Below are positions 33,451 to 44,309 of a stretch of 64,000 bases of DNA, piece after piece. Each line of letters begins with the position of its first letter. The stretch's first letter is position 1. The position numbers and the translations under genes are program-made. The stretch spans positions 1,984,001 through 2,048,000 of the forward strand of contig OZ251228.1 of NCBI GenBank assembly GCA_965240325.2, in the 5' to 3' direction. This DNA comes from Rebecca billardiae RCC1528. Lineage: Eukaryota > Protista > Haptophyta. Under the pieces are notes generated by a model that was not told where the DNA came from, ran no database searches, and saw nothing but the letters and a program-made list of their open reading frames with translations.

Positions 33451-34382
33451 ACAGTTCCGGACGTCATCTTGCACGTCGGGCCGTCGGCGTGCGCGGGTCG
33501 AGGCTCGTCACTCGGCACTCACGACAGCGCTTCAAGTCTCACAGACGTAAACATGCGCAGTCCTCTCGTCAGCGACTCAGCGTTTCCATCAGTCTGATGC
33601 CGCGCCCTCATCGCGCTCATTGATGAGCAGCAGGCGGCAAAACTTTGACTTTAAAATCTTTAAATCAGCATTGTGACAGAGTGAATCAGCACTAGTTAGT
33701 AGAGAGTGTAGAGACACGGACATACGACCAGGTAATGTAACTGAATGTCATATACGACGACTGACTATATATCTGCTCCTTCGCGTCGCGCACGGCCGGT
33801 GTCGCAGTCCTCACCGCTGCTGCACCTCCGCGTCGCCGTCGACCGAGTTGAGGAGGAGCTCGCGCTCGGCGTCGAGGAGCGAGCTCGCGTGCTCGAGCTC
33901 GCCCTTCCGAGCGCGGCACCGCGTATGCTCTGCAGCGCGGCGCGGTGCGCGCGCTGCGCGGCCTGCGAGGCGACAGACAGGCTGCGCGCTCGGGGAGGCT
34001 GCGCCGGTGGCGCCCCCACGCTTATTTCATTCATCGGTGCGGCTGCGTGAGATCATCCTGGTGCGATCAACCTTTGATCAGTCAAACGTCGTCGCTGCTG
34101 GAAGAATCTCATTACTGGCCGGAAAAATCGCTCGTAACGGTTTGTTACGTTACGCATCCTGAAGGGCGTGCGTTTTTTGGACGGACGGGCGTCACACCGG
34201 CGCGCTTTACGTATGGGGAATCTTGTGGGCGGGCCCGTTATTTCTCGTGAATACGCATCATGTGTTAAGGCGGGGAGTCTAAAAATTGAAACTCGCCCGC
34301 TCGGTCTCCGCTAGCCCTGAAAATCGTCCCCGTCCCTTTTTCTTGCTGATCAAAGATCTTTTTGAACTAATAACGTGGTTAG

Positions 34383-35707
34383 GGCTCTGGCTCCGGTTGA
34401 CCCAGGCTGCCAGTCCGGTCATAGAAACCGGGCGTACCGAAAATGATCATCGCATTCCTGCGGCCGAATGAGCCCCCGAAGTGTCCCGCAGGGCCCCAAG
34501 TGGTGTTGCCATGGATGGCCAATAAGTGCCCAGGGTGTGAAAATCAGTTTGTGACTAGTTCAGGCTCTATTGTTCATAGCTATTTACCCAGTCCGGTGAC
34601 ATATTCCCAATAGCTACGTATGCATCCGGCTCGCTCCCCGGGGACCGTGTTCTGACCAGAGTCTGAAATGGGTACATACATATATAGTAAAAACATATAT
34701 AGTAAAAGTAGAGTCTGGACTATAGAGGTAGTGCGCTTGTTTTTGGCCCAATAATAGTATCGCTCTGAAGTCATCATCTACAGTCCTCTCAAGTGACTCA
34801 ACAATTGATTACCCTATGGAGAGCACACCTGCACATCACACCTTCTCCTGGCCGCCTAGGCTTGCATGACGGGCACCTGCGGCCCCAGCACTCTCCATTC
34901 AGTCGAGCTGCACCCACCCATCATGACTAATGACTTCAGCCGGGTGGGTGACAATTGGAGGACTCCTCTGGGCAGCACGTGAAGCCGGCCAGCTCGGACG
35001 TGACCGTGGCCGACAGGCTCTCGACTGGCTCCCACACCTCTTGAGTCTTTCAGCTCAGCTTGTAGCACAGCGCGCCGCTGATTTTCGGCGGAGCCTCGTG
35101 TGCTGTGCTACAGGGCATACTCCCAATCAGCAGGTGGGCCGCTGGCAGGCTAGGTGCATCTGGTGCACTGTGGTGGCCATTCCCCGACCACCACCCGCAG
35201 AGACGTGGCCTGCGCACTGAAACCGCACTGCTCACGCCAGACTGTACTGCTAGACTGGCTGCTAGGCAGTATCAAAGGCCATCCAGCTGCAGCGCCAGGG
35301 CCCACTATACTACAGCCAGCCCACAGCCTGCTCCGGGGGTGGTTTTCCATCCCCGCCTGCCCTCGTGGTGGTCCAGCACCCCCGCGCAGCACCTGTCAGC
35401 CGGTTGTGCACCTGCATTCAATTTCTCTGATTGACTCAGCCCACACACCCGCCCAGCTCATACCCACCTGGTCTGTTGAGGGCTATAGGTGCAGTAACAG
35501 ATAGCATGCAGCAGTGGGCCTCAAACAGTGACTGAGCTGGTATAGACAGCCAAACATCACAAGGGTAACCAATTGTTGAGGGGACTGTCATAGCTACTAG
35601 CTAGGCAGCATCCATTGAGGTCCTCCAGTACGTGCAGTTTTCACGAGTGACTTCATAAAGGAGCTCACAGTGCCCGTCTCTGGCAGGGGTCAACCGAAGC
35701 CAGAGCC
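34383..35707. mobile_element. 1.3-kb non-autonomous TIR transposon with 4-bp TSD TTAG (GG...CC termini, Kolobok-like geometry)
   Basis: TIRs ggctctggctccggttgacc / ggtcaaccgaagccagagcc, flanked by ttag on both sides. The empty site gtggttagggccc is present in the paralogous copy near 40555. Confidence 0.85.
34781..35587. mobile_element. Degenerate Tc1/mariner-like MITE nested in the TTAG element
   Basis: Left end ta|cagtcctctcaa..ctcaacaattgattaccct, right end agggtaaccaattgttgaggggactg. The interior is CpG-poor. The right-hand TA is not intact. Confidence 0.65.
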
Positions 35708-35780
35708 TTAGGGCCCGCAGGCGCAGTGCGGACTCCACGCTGCGCGCTCCGCCCCGGCACCGCGGGCGACATACATATAT

Positions 35781-37524
35781 GTCTAGCCGTCCTCGTGAAC
35801 GCCGACGCCAACTGCTGGCCGAAGGTGGGCACGCCGCCTGGCATGTCGATGCCGAGGCGGCTGCGTGTGTTCCTACTCAGTGGGATTTACGTGTCCTCAT
35901 GCCTTGGCGAGCGGCAGCAGATGCGGTGGGCATGCCGCTCGCCGTCGACGAGACGCGGTGCGTGAGTGATCCCGCGCGGACGTCCGCTGACGGAAGGCTG
36001 AGCGCCTGCGGACTCGTCGACTGAACCTCCACCTGACCGCCCGGGAGCAGCACTGCTGGGGACCTAACCTGAAAAACCCAATCGTGTTGGGAGGCAGGGG
36101 GTCACATGAGCCCTAAGTGCAGCGCCGCAAGACCGGGCGGTCGGACGGCGGGTGTTGTGATCCCGCCGCCCGAGCACCAGACCAACGGGCCCTGGGTGGG
36201 CGGGTTGCCGAAAGATGTTGGTCGGTGCACGCGACGCGCCACCCGCGTGCGAGCCGCCGCCGCCGGCGACGCAGGACGAGCTTGGCTGGAGCCATCTCGC
36301 ACGCCGCGCCTGGCGAAGCAGGCGGCAGAGGCCGGCGCCGGAAATCGATCTCCTGGGCGGCAGAACAACCCGGACAGACTGTTTGTCCGGGAGCAGCGCC
36401 CTTTGAGGCGAAGGTCTGGTAGAGGGCGATGTGGCTGATGAGCGGCGCTGGCGCCCGGCGTTCTTGTCGTCCTCTTAGACAATCAGTTATTGTACCAATA
36501 ACCCCACGTCTAGCCGTCCTCGTGAACGCCGACGCCAACTGCTGGCCGAAGGTGGGCACGCCGCCTGGCATGTCGATGCCGAGGCGGCTGCGTGTGTTCC
36601 TACTCAGTGGGATTTACGTGTCCTCATGCCTTGGCGAGCGGCAGCAGATGCGGTGGGCATGCCGCTCGCCGTCGACGAGACGCGGTGCGTGAGTGATCCC
36701 GTTTCATGGTGTGTTGGGGAGCACCGCGTGGAGGAGAATCCCATTGAGTGATGGGAAGGAAAGGGGGCAAGGCACGTGTGAGTCGCGCACGCACGAGGGC
36801 CGGCCAGCGGGGGCTGGGCAGGTGGGGCAGTGCGAGTGAGACGGAACCCGAATAGGAGAGATAGCAGGCAGCCGGCCCCGAGGCGCGGCGCTGCGGAAGC
36901 AGGAGAAGGCTAGACGGCCTTTGCGGATGCTGTGAATGGCCCGCGGGTGCGCACGGGGCCCGGCGCGCGGTGTGCCGCCAGCGGTCCTTGTGTAGGAGCC
37001 GGCTGGCGTTGGCACCGGGGCGATCCCGAGGCAGGGCGGGAGAGATGGAGCAGCGATCCGCGTGGGGGCGCACCCACGGAGGAGGAGGCATGTGGCGAAG
37101 AGGGAACGGTGCGATCGGGGCGGGTGCGGAAGAGCCACAGGGTGCGCACGCACACAGAGAGAGAAGAGGCGGTGGCCCGAAGCGCGAGGGGGCGCGATGC
37201 GGAGCGTTGCTTACCGCCGAGTTGCCGAAAGATGTTGGTCGGTGCACGCGACGCGCCACCCGCGTGCGAGCCGCCGCCGCCGGCGACGCAGGACGAGCTT
37301 GGCTGGAGCCATCTCGCACGCCGCGCCTGGCGAAGCAGGCGGCAGAGGCCGGCGCCGGAAATCGATCTCCTGGGCGGCAGAACAACCCGGACAGACTGTT
37401 TGTCCGGGAGCAGCGCCCTTTGAGGCGATGGTCTGGTAGAGGGCGATGTGGCTGATGAGCGGCGCTGGCGCCCGGCGTTCTTGTCGTCCTCTTAGACAAT
37501 CAGTTATTGTACCAATAACCCCAC
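35781..37524. mobile_element. Non-autonomous split-direct-repeat element (A-x-B-A-y-B), PAT/Ngaro/TOC1-type tyrosine-recombinase retrotransposon structure
   Basis: A1 35781-35974 equals A2 36508-36701 (194 bp). B1 36204-36507 equals B2 37221-37524 (304 bp, one mismatch seen). B1 abuts A2 exactly. The element sits in an (AT)n tract. Confidence 0.82.
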
Positions 37525-37851
37525 ATATATATACATATATAAAAAACTAGCGCTACAGTATATATATATATATATACATATATACATTAGTAGATTGAAG
37601 CAAGCCAAGCCCCGCGTATCAGAGTACACTACTCTCTGTCAAGTGCCTCATCACTTACACCCGTCGGATTCCAATTTCCACCAGCAGGTTGTTACGGTTC
37701 GTATAAGGCGGCCGTTGAGCGGGAGGCGGCCCGACTCCGCCGTTCACATTAATCGGCAGGCTCGAGATGGTAACCGCGCGCGCTCGAATCTCAAATCTTG
37801 CGACACGGTCGCGTCGTTGCTCAGCAGAGTCTCACAGGGATGACAGGGAGT

Positions 37852-38786
37852 TCACGAACCGACGAGATCTCCGCACGGCGCAGGGTCGAGCCGTCGGCGT
37901 GCTTCTCGCGTGTGGGCCAGCTCGCGGTATTGCGCCTTTGGTCGCCGATATAGTGCGCACATCACATCACACACCTCGTCGATGTCTGTGAACAGCCGCA
38001 GCCGGCGGCACAAGCGCGCACATGGATGGCGGAAAGCGCATTGGGTCAGCCAGCCAGGCCATGCGGTGCGGCACGTTGGGCGCCCGACGTGCGCGGAAGG
38101 CACTGCGGGCTGCACGCACCGGTCTTCTTGACTTCGAAGATCTCCCACCACGGTGGCTCCTTGGGCAGCGCGAGCTGCAGCGAGCGCGCCGCCATGCTGA
38201 GCGCTGCGCAGCAGATCACCTCGGGCGCAAAGCGGAGGCAAAGGTTTGTGCGCGCCGAGTCGTTGATCGTGTTCCACGCCAGCTGCGCGAGCTGCTTCTC
38301 GACGGCTGAGTCGACGCTGATCAGCTTGACGTAGTTCAGGATGAACTTGTGCGGGTGCTCCGTGTACAGGATGAAGCCGAGCTCCTGGAGGACATCATGC
38401 TCAGCCTTGGTTACAACCAGCTTCAGGTTGGCGTAGTGATCCGAGTGGATGTCGAGGGGTTCGAGGGAGCCGAGCCCACCCTGTCTGTACTGGAACAGAG
38501 CGTTAAAAACGTTCAGCACCTCACGAAGCCTCCGCGGGCACTCCTCCACCTTGGCCGACAGGAAGAGCACTCCCATCGCCACGTGCCGCACATCGTGGCG
38601 CACAAACGACCGTCGCGCGTAGAACCGATGGAAGAGCACCTGCGCCGTCGCCGCTGCCACTTGCGGTAGCTCGAGCATGATTGCCGCCTCCTGGATCAGG
38701 TCGCAGCCGTATATGCGCTGCTCGACTATCTCATCCGTCTCCTCATCAGGTCCATCGGCCGCCGCGGGAGCAGCGGCGGCCTCCAT
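37852..38786 (-). CDS. CCNL: Cyclin L; intron 37986-38119
   Basis: RIYGCDLIQEAAIMLELPQVAAATAQVLFHRFY, FLSAKVEECPRRLREV, LQELGFILYTEHPHKF, AWNTINDSART and LPKEPPWW. The spliced last exon begins DIDEVCDVMCALY. Confidence 0.92.
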
Positions 38787-38870
38787 CGTCGTGCGCGAAA
38801 CACGAGAGTCAAGCAGAGCCAACTGCCACGCGCCCGGCCCTCGGAGCAAGGGGGTTCTCGGAGGTGCGCG

Positions 38871-40409
38871 ATGCCGATCGCGCCCACCCGCCCGGCCGCG
38901 CTCGCATTCGCGCTGAGCGTCGTGCTCGTCCAGTCGGTGAAGGGGCACCCGCTCGATGACGCGTGCGCCGAGGGTCGCACTGACGATGCGCGTCGCATCG
39001 CCAACGAGCTCGCGGCACGCGCCCACGGCGCCTGGGACCGCGACGAGTACGCAGACGCGATCCCCCTGTACGACGAGCTGCTTGTGGCTTCGTGCGGCTG
39101 CAATGGCACCGTGACGTGCGCCGCGCTCCCGCGAATGGAGCAGCTGCAGGTACACGCCAACATGGCCTCGTCGCTCATGATGCGCGCGCGGGACAAGACA
39201 GTTCCAACCGCCGAGCGGGGCCGAATGCTCGCACGCTCCGCCTTCCACTGGCAGGTGCCGCTCTCGATCGTGCCACAAGACGCGCACCTGCAGTACTTCT
39301 CGCAGCTCGTCGGGGCCGACCATGGGCTCGCTGCCGCGCTCGCCTCGCGTGCGGACGAGGTCGCCGTGGCTGAGCGCGAAGGCGCGCTCATGCGCGTCGA
39401 ACCGATCGAGCGGCGCGCTGCCGCATCGATCACACGCGAACAATTTGTGACGGAGTTCGCCACGCCGCGCCGTCCGGTCGTGCTCACGGGCGTGCTCGAC
39501 GGCGTGAGGGACGACGATCGGCCCTCGCTGCAGGAGATCATGCGTGTCTGCGGCGAGAAGCTCGTGACCGTCCAGCGTCGCCGTCCGGCTGCGGCCGCGG
39601 GCGCCGCTGACCTCGGCGCTTGGGCGGGGCTGGAGTCGGCGCTGTCGGAGATCAGCCTGAACGAGTATTACGCTGCGGCCGAGGAGGAGCGCGCCGACGG
39701 GTGGCAGGTCTTCGACTGGTCGCTCCCGCGGCACTGCCCGGAGTGGGCGGCGCGCTGGCGCGCGCCCGAGCTGCTCAGCGGAGCGAATCTTCTCGACGGA
39801 CTCCCGCTGGGGGCGGAGGGCCGCGCTGAGTACGCGCTGGGCGGCGGCTGGCCGAGCCTGTTTGTGCAGCCGGTCGGCTCGTCGTGCGGCGCGCACATCG
39901 ACGCGTACGGCACGCACTTCTGGCAGCTGCCGCTCAACGGTACCAAGCGGTGGCGCGTCGTTCACGTCGCGGACGCGCACCTGCTCGCGCCGGTGCCACC
40001 GCGCACGCGCACCCTGCAGGTGGAGGAGCTGTTCGAGCCGGACTATGCGGCGCACCCGCAGCTCAGGCTGGCGCGCGTCCGTGAGGCATACGTGCAGCCT
40101 GGGGAGGCCATCTTCGTGCCCGCAGGAGCGGCGCACCAGGTGGCCAACGTGGGGGCCAGCCCCCACGGCGCCAGCCCTACCACTCTCGACGGGGCAGCCC
40201 CGCTTGTCGCCGCGCTCTCGGGCAACCTGATCGACGGCACGAATGCGGAGGAGGCGCTGCGCGAGCTGTTCTTCGGGGCTGAGCTAGGCACGCGCGACGA
40301 CGTCGCCCGCACACTCGAATATGTCAAGGAGGCCGCTGCCAAGCTCGCTACGCAAGGAGGACCATCCGCCTCCACTATGCCACAGCAGTCGTCGCAGTGT
40401 GAGTCGTAA
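38871..40409 (+). CDS. JmjC (cupin_8, JMJD-like) hydroxylase with signal peptide, intronless
   Basis: RPVVLTG, FDWSLPRHCP, WPSLFVQP, HIDAYGTHFW, GTKRWRV, QPGEAIFVPAGAAHQVAN. Confidence 0.88.
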   Translation: MPIAPTRPAALAFALSVVLVQSVKGHPLDDACAEGRTDDARRIANELAARAHGAWDRDEYADAIPLYDELLVASCGCNGTVTCAALPRMEQLQVHANMASSLMMRARDKTVPTAERGRMLARSAFHWQVPLSIVPQDAHLQYFSQLVGADHGLAAALASRADEVAVAEREGALMRVEPIERRAAASITREQFVTEFATPRRPVVLTGVLDGVRDDDRPSLQEIMRVCGEKLVTVQRRRPAAAAGAADLGAWAGLESALSEISLNEYYAAAEEERADGWQVFDWSLPRHCPEWAARWRAPELLSGANLLDGLPLGAEGRAEYALGGGWPSLFVQPVGSSCGAHIDAYGTHFWQLPLNGTKRWRVVHVADAHLLAPVPPRTRTLQVEELFEPDYAAHPQLRLARVREAYVQPGEAIFVPAGAAHQVANVGASPHGASPTTLDGAAPLVAALSGNLIDGTNAEEALRELFFGAELGTRDDVARTLEYVKEAAAKLATQGGPSASTMPQQSSQCES

Positions 40410-41797
40410 TAACTTACTTAGCGAGTCGAGTCGTACTACTCGTGACACTATTCACTATATAATAACAGTCATCGTCGTAGACTCTCAAAGACCATATATA
40501 TTATGGCCCGCGGTGCAGGGCGGAACGCGCAGCGTGGAGCCCGCTCCGTGGGCCCTAACCACGTTTCAAAAAGATCTTTGATCAAAGAAAAAAGGGACGG
40601 GGCGGTGTTTTCCGGAGTGGAGGAGGCCGAGTTTCGATTTTTTGAGACCTCCTTACAGTACACATGGATTAGCGTCGAAAAAGGGCGCGTCCGCCGTCTT
40701 GAATAGTGAACAGAGGAATCAACGAAACCCACGCCCAAGTGTGCGAGGCTGGGTAATTGTGGGTAGACTCTCGTTAATGTAGTGTGACCATAGTAAAATA
40801 ATATGGCCTCGCCGCCGCAAGATGCCAAGAACGACCGTTGACATAATCGTCCAACCAACTCCAATAGTGCGAGACATTGAAAAATACCCGCCGTAGCTAT
40901 CCGTATAGTCGGAGCCCGAGGGGGCGCGCGCGGCGTGTTACATCCCCGCGTTTTGTACATCCGGGAGACGAGGCGTCGTCCCGAAGGCGCCCTCGTCGCG
41001 CCCCTCGCCGAGCCGACCCCCGCCGCCCGGGGGCGGGCTGCTGGGCGCACGAGCGCGAGCTGGCCACCGGCGTGAAGCCGAGGTCGAGCCAACTCGTCCT
41101 TCAGCTCGCAGGCGGCCCGGCTCCTGCGGCCGACCGCCCTGCTCGGGCATCCGCCTGCCTGCTTTGGCGCGGAGGCAAAACCGTACGGCCTAGCCCGCCG
41201 CCGCCACGCGGCGGCCAGTCGGGGTGTCGTGTCGCGATTTGCGGGTGCGCGCCTCGCGGGGCAGGTGGCACTGTCCCGCCCGAGCGGTTCCGACCCCCGA
41301 AATTCCCTCGCAAGCGCCCGCGAACGCGGATCCTCGCCGCGGGCTCGCCGGGGCCCATGTGCGCACCCGGGTGCCCCTGTCGAGCCAGTCTGGTGCGAGC
41401 ACCGAAGGATGGTGCGGGCCGGGAGGCGTGGTGCGCGACGCCACCGAGGCCGCGGGCCAGCTAGGCACCGCTTGCGCGCCCACCAGTAGCCTGTGGCCCG
41501 ACCACGCGTTCAACCGTGGCACCCGATGGCAGTCACGGTGCTCTGCGCCTCGGCTGGAGCGCGCTGTGCGCTCAGTAACGCGAGCGGCCGCCAAGTTGCC
41601 GGGTAGACGCCGTGCGCACGCTCTGGCAGCTGCGGATCAGCATCCTGCGAAGCTCTGCTGCCCCCACCTGAATGCTCGCACCACCCACCACGCGGCCCAG
41701 CCGGCCGCGCGCGCCGCCGCGGCCACCTCACCCGACGACTGCGAGCCTTGGGATACTGCGCGTATATTGTGTGCTCAACGTGGGTGACAGCACAGCT

Positions 41798-42339
41798 GCG
41801 CCGCGGGCCCCCAACTACGTTGGTTCTGACGGAAGAGGACCGCGGAACGCGGTCATTATTGTCTAGCGATATAGCTTCAGCATCATATATTCCCGCGCCT
41901 CGTCATCTTCGGCTCGGTCTCGCCTCTCGGTGCGCGGCTGCGCAGCGCCGTCGGTCCGTGAGCGCACGGGCCGCGGGCGCGGGGGCAGGGCCAGCCGAGT
42001 GGCGCGCGCTCTCGCTCTGCCGGCACGAGGCGCGCCGGCTGAGCGACCAGCGGCCCGTCGTCGAGCGCATGGCGCAGCGCGAGCACCTGAAGGCAGGTGC
42101 GCCCGCACGCGCGCACGCGCCGGCCCGCGCCGCGCGGCGCCTCTCAGTCTCGGAGTCTCGCTCGCCCTGCGCGCGCGCGCCGCCGCCCGGCCGGGCCGCT
42201 TCTCCTCGCGGCCCGCGGCGACAGTCCTCATCGGCCCGCCATGTCAGACTGAGACAGCAGCCGACGGAGGGTGCACCGCGAGCCCCTAACTACGTTGGTT
42301 CTACGGAAGGACCGCGGAACGCGGTCATCATATAACTAT
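41798..42339 (+). repeat. Two direct copies of a ~58-bp Helitron-like 3' terminus (hairpin + CTAG/CTAT)
   Basis: Copies at 41798-41856 and 42273-42328. The hairpin GACCGCG-GAA-CGCGGTC is followed 8-9 nt later by ctag (41863) or ctat (42336). A third inverted hairpin copy lies at 30328-30343. Confidence 0.6.
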
Positions 42340-42547
42340 ATATAAGTATATATATATATTATTGCTGATGCTGTATTATAAAGTTCAGTTTTATTAGTCT
42401 TATAAAAAGTCTGGCAGCCTGCTGGCCACTGCGACTGTAGTAGTGTCAACTGGCGGCGCGGCGGAATGTAGCGATGATGCGCTGATGATAATCACCTGAT
42501 GAGCTAGTCGCGATCGTCGTGCGCACATTCAGCCTTAGACGCGATCA

Positions 42548-44162
42548 TCAGATCATGCGCAGCCACTCACCCTCCCTGGCCTCTGCCATCGCGTCATCCT
42601 CGAGCTCGCCAGACTCCGAGCTCATCTCGCTCTCCTCGGCCTCGACGAAGCGGTTCATGAGCGGAGGCACGCGCTGGAATTTGAGCCCGTTCGTGAATGC
42701 GGTGCCCCCGTTCGGCGGCAGGCTGAGCGCCCACGGCGGCACGCCGCGCGTGAACGCGCTGTGCAGGTGCGGTGGCTGCGGCGCGCGCACGAGCTCGATG
42801 TTGTTGGTGGACCACCGTGAGTGCACCACGCTCTGCACAACTCGCAGCTGCCACGGCGCGGCGGCACTGGGGCGCTGGCTGAGCGAGACCGCGGCGTACA
42901 GGTCGGCGGTGGTCAGCCGGCGCTTCGAGGTCGGGCGCGGCGCCGGGGGCGCGCTTGACGTCGGCGCTGGGCTGCCGCCACCAGCGGATGTGGAGGCAGC
43001 TGCTGCGCTCGCGGGCGCGCCTGCCGGCACGGCCGTGCTCTGACTCCCGGCCGCGCCCGGCTTGGGCGCGGCCGCGCTCGGCGCGGGATCCTTCGCGTCT
43101 GTCGCCGGAGCAGCGGCCCCGGTGGCAGCGGCAGGCGCGGCGGCGCTCGGCTTGCGCGCCGTGCCCTCCTCCTCCGCCTTGACCACAGGCCACTCCGCCG
43201 GCGCCGCGGCCGCGACCATGGGTTGGGCGGGTGCGGCAGCGGGCGCCGCACCAGCCGCGCGGCCGGTCGGCGTCGGCGCCGCGGCGGGCGCGGCGATTAA
43301 GGGCCCGCTGGGCTGCCTCGTGGGTTGCGGCGGTTGCGCCTGCGGCTGCGCCCGTGCCCGGCTCGCGCCCGCGTGCTGCGGCTTGGGCACCGCGAGCACG
43401 GCCGCAGACAGCAGGCTGCGCACGTGGCAGTGCACCGCCTGTGTAAGCATCAGCAGGCACTCCTCCGACACGTCGCGGAGCATCGACGTGTCGGAGGGCA
43501 CCGCACTGAGCACGCGGCGGCGTAGCGCGAGCAGCTGCGCGCGCGACGGGTGCGGCATGAACGCACAGCTGCGCACGCGCCCGCGGCTCACTGTCGGGAG
43601 CCGCATGAGCCCGCTGCCCGACTGCGGGCGCCGCCACGCGCGCGGCGCGGTGTACGCAGGGCCGATGGCGGGGGGTGCGGCGGGCGACGCGGCGCGCGGG
43701 CGTGAGTGGCAGGCTCCGCGCACGCTCCACCGCGCGCGTGCCGCGGCCGCGCGGCGCGCGCACGCGCGCGCGCACCTTGAAGCGCATCGCGTTCTTGGTG
43801 AGCGACAGCACCTGCCCACGCTCGCCAGAGACCGCCTGCGAGCTCGCCTGCAGCAGGCCGGGGAGCGCCGGCCGGACGGAGCCCCACGTCCCGCGGAACG
43901 GGTTCGCGCTCGCCGGCTGCGTGCGCCGTCGGACGCTGGGCAGCGAGCGGCTCGCACTCGCGAATATGGCGCGGAAGAAATCGTTGTGAGCGCGCAGCTC
44001 ATCCTCGCTGAGCGTCTCGCGGAGGAACGAGTCGAGCTCGCGCTTGGAGAGCTTGGCGACGAGGAAGGAGCGGAGGAAGGACCAGTACCGGGCGCCGCGC
44101 TGCTCGCCGAGCGACGCGAGCAGCGAGTCGCGCGCGTTGCACGGGTCGACAAGCCGCTCCAT
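42548..44162 (-). CDS. TADA1: SAGA complex subunit Ada1/Tada1-like; introns 43622-43775 and probably 43535-43591
   Basis: N-terminal LGEQRGARYWSFLRSFLVAKLSKRELD...HNDFFRAIF and histone-fold-like LRDVSEECLLMLTQAVHCHVRSLL...RLTTADLYAAV. Confidence 0.8.
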
Positions 44163-44309
44163 CGCACTTGCCAGCGGGCGAGACGCCGGCCGGGGCAGCC
44201 TCGCTGCCCTCGCTGCCAGAGGCCACTCGAGCCAGACATCGTCGTGTTCATCAGCGAGCCATTGTCAGCCTCATCTGCTACGTATGGTAACAGAGATGGC
44301 GGGGGAAGA

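Larger units (their letters stand above)
34258..35780 (+). mobile_element. Interspersed repeat (host of nested insertions); uninterrupted inverted copy at ~40500-40666
   Basis: 34258-34382 plus 35712-35768 match the reverse complement of 40500-40666 (ccccgtcccttttt..gatcaaagatctttttgaa..acgtggttagggccc..ctccacgctgcgcg..caccgcgggc). Confidence 0.75.

Noticed and set aside
33810-33935. Minus-strand coding-like fragment (..GELEHASSLLDAERELLLNSVDGDAEVQQR*)
   Set aside because: No credible start or upstream exon and no recognisable family; it may be a gene remnant.
34258-40666. Inverted host repeats flanking cyclin L and JmjC as one gene-carrying transposon
   Set aside because: The copies are diverged with no shared outer TSD; independent insertions explain them more simply.
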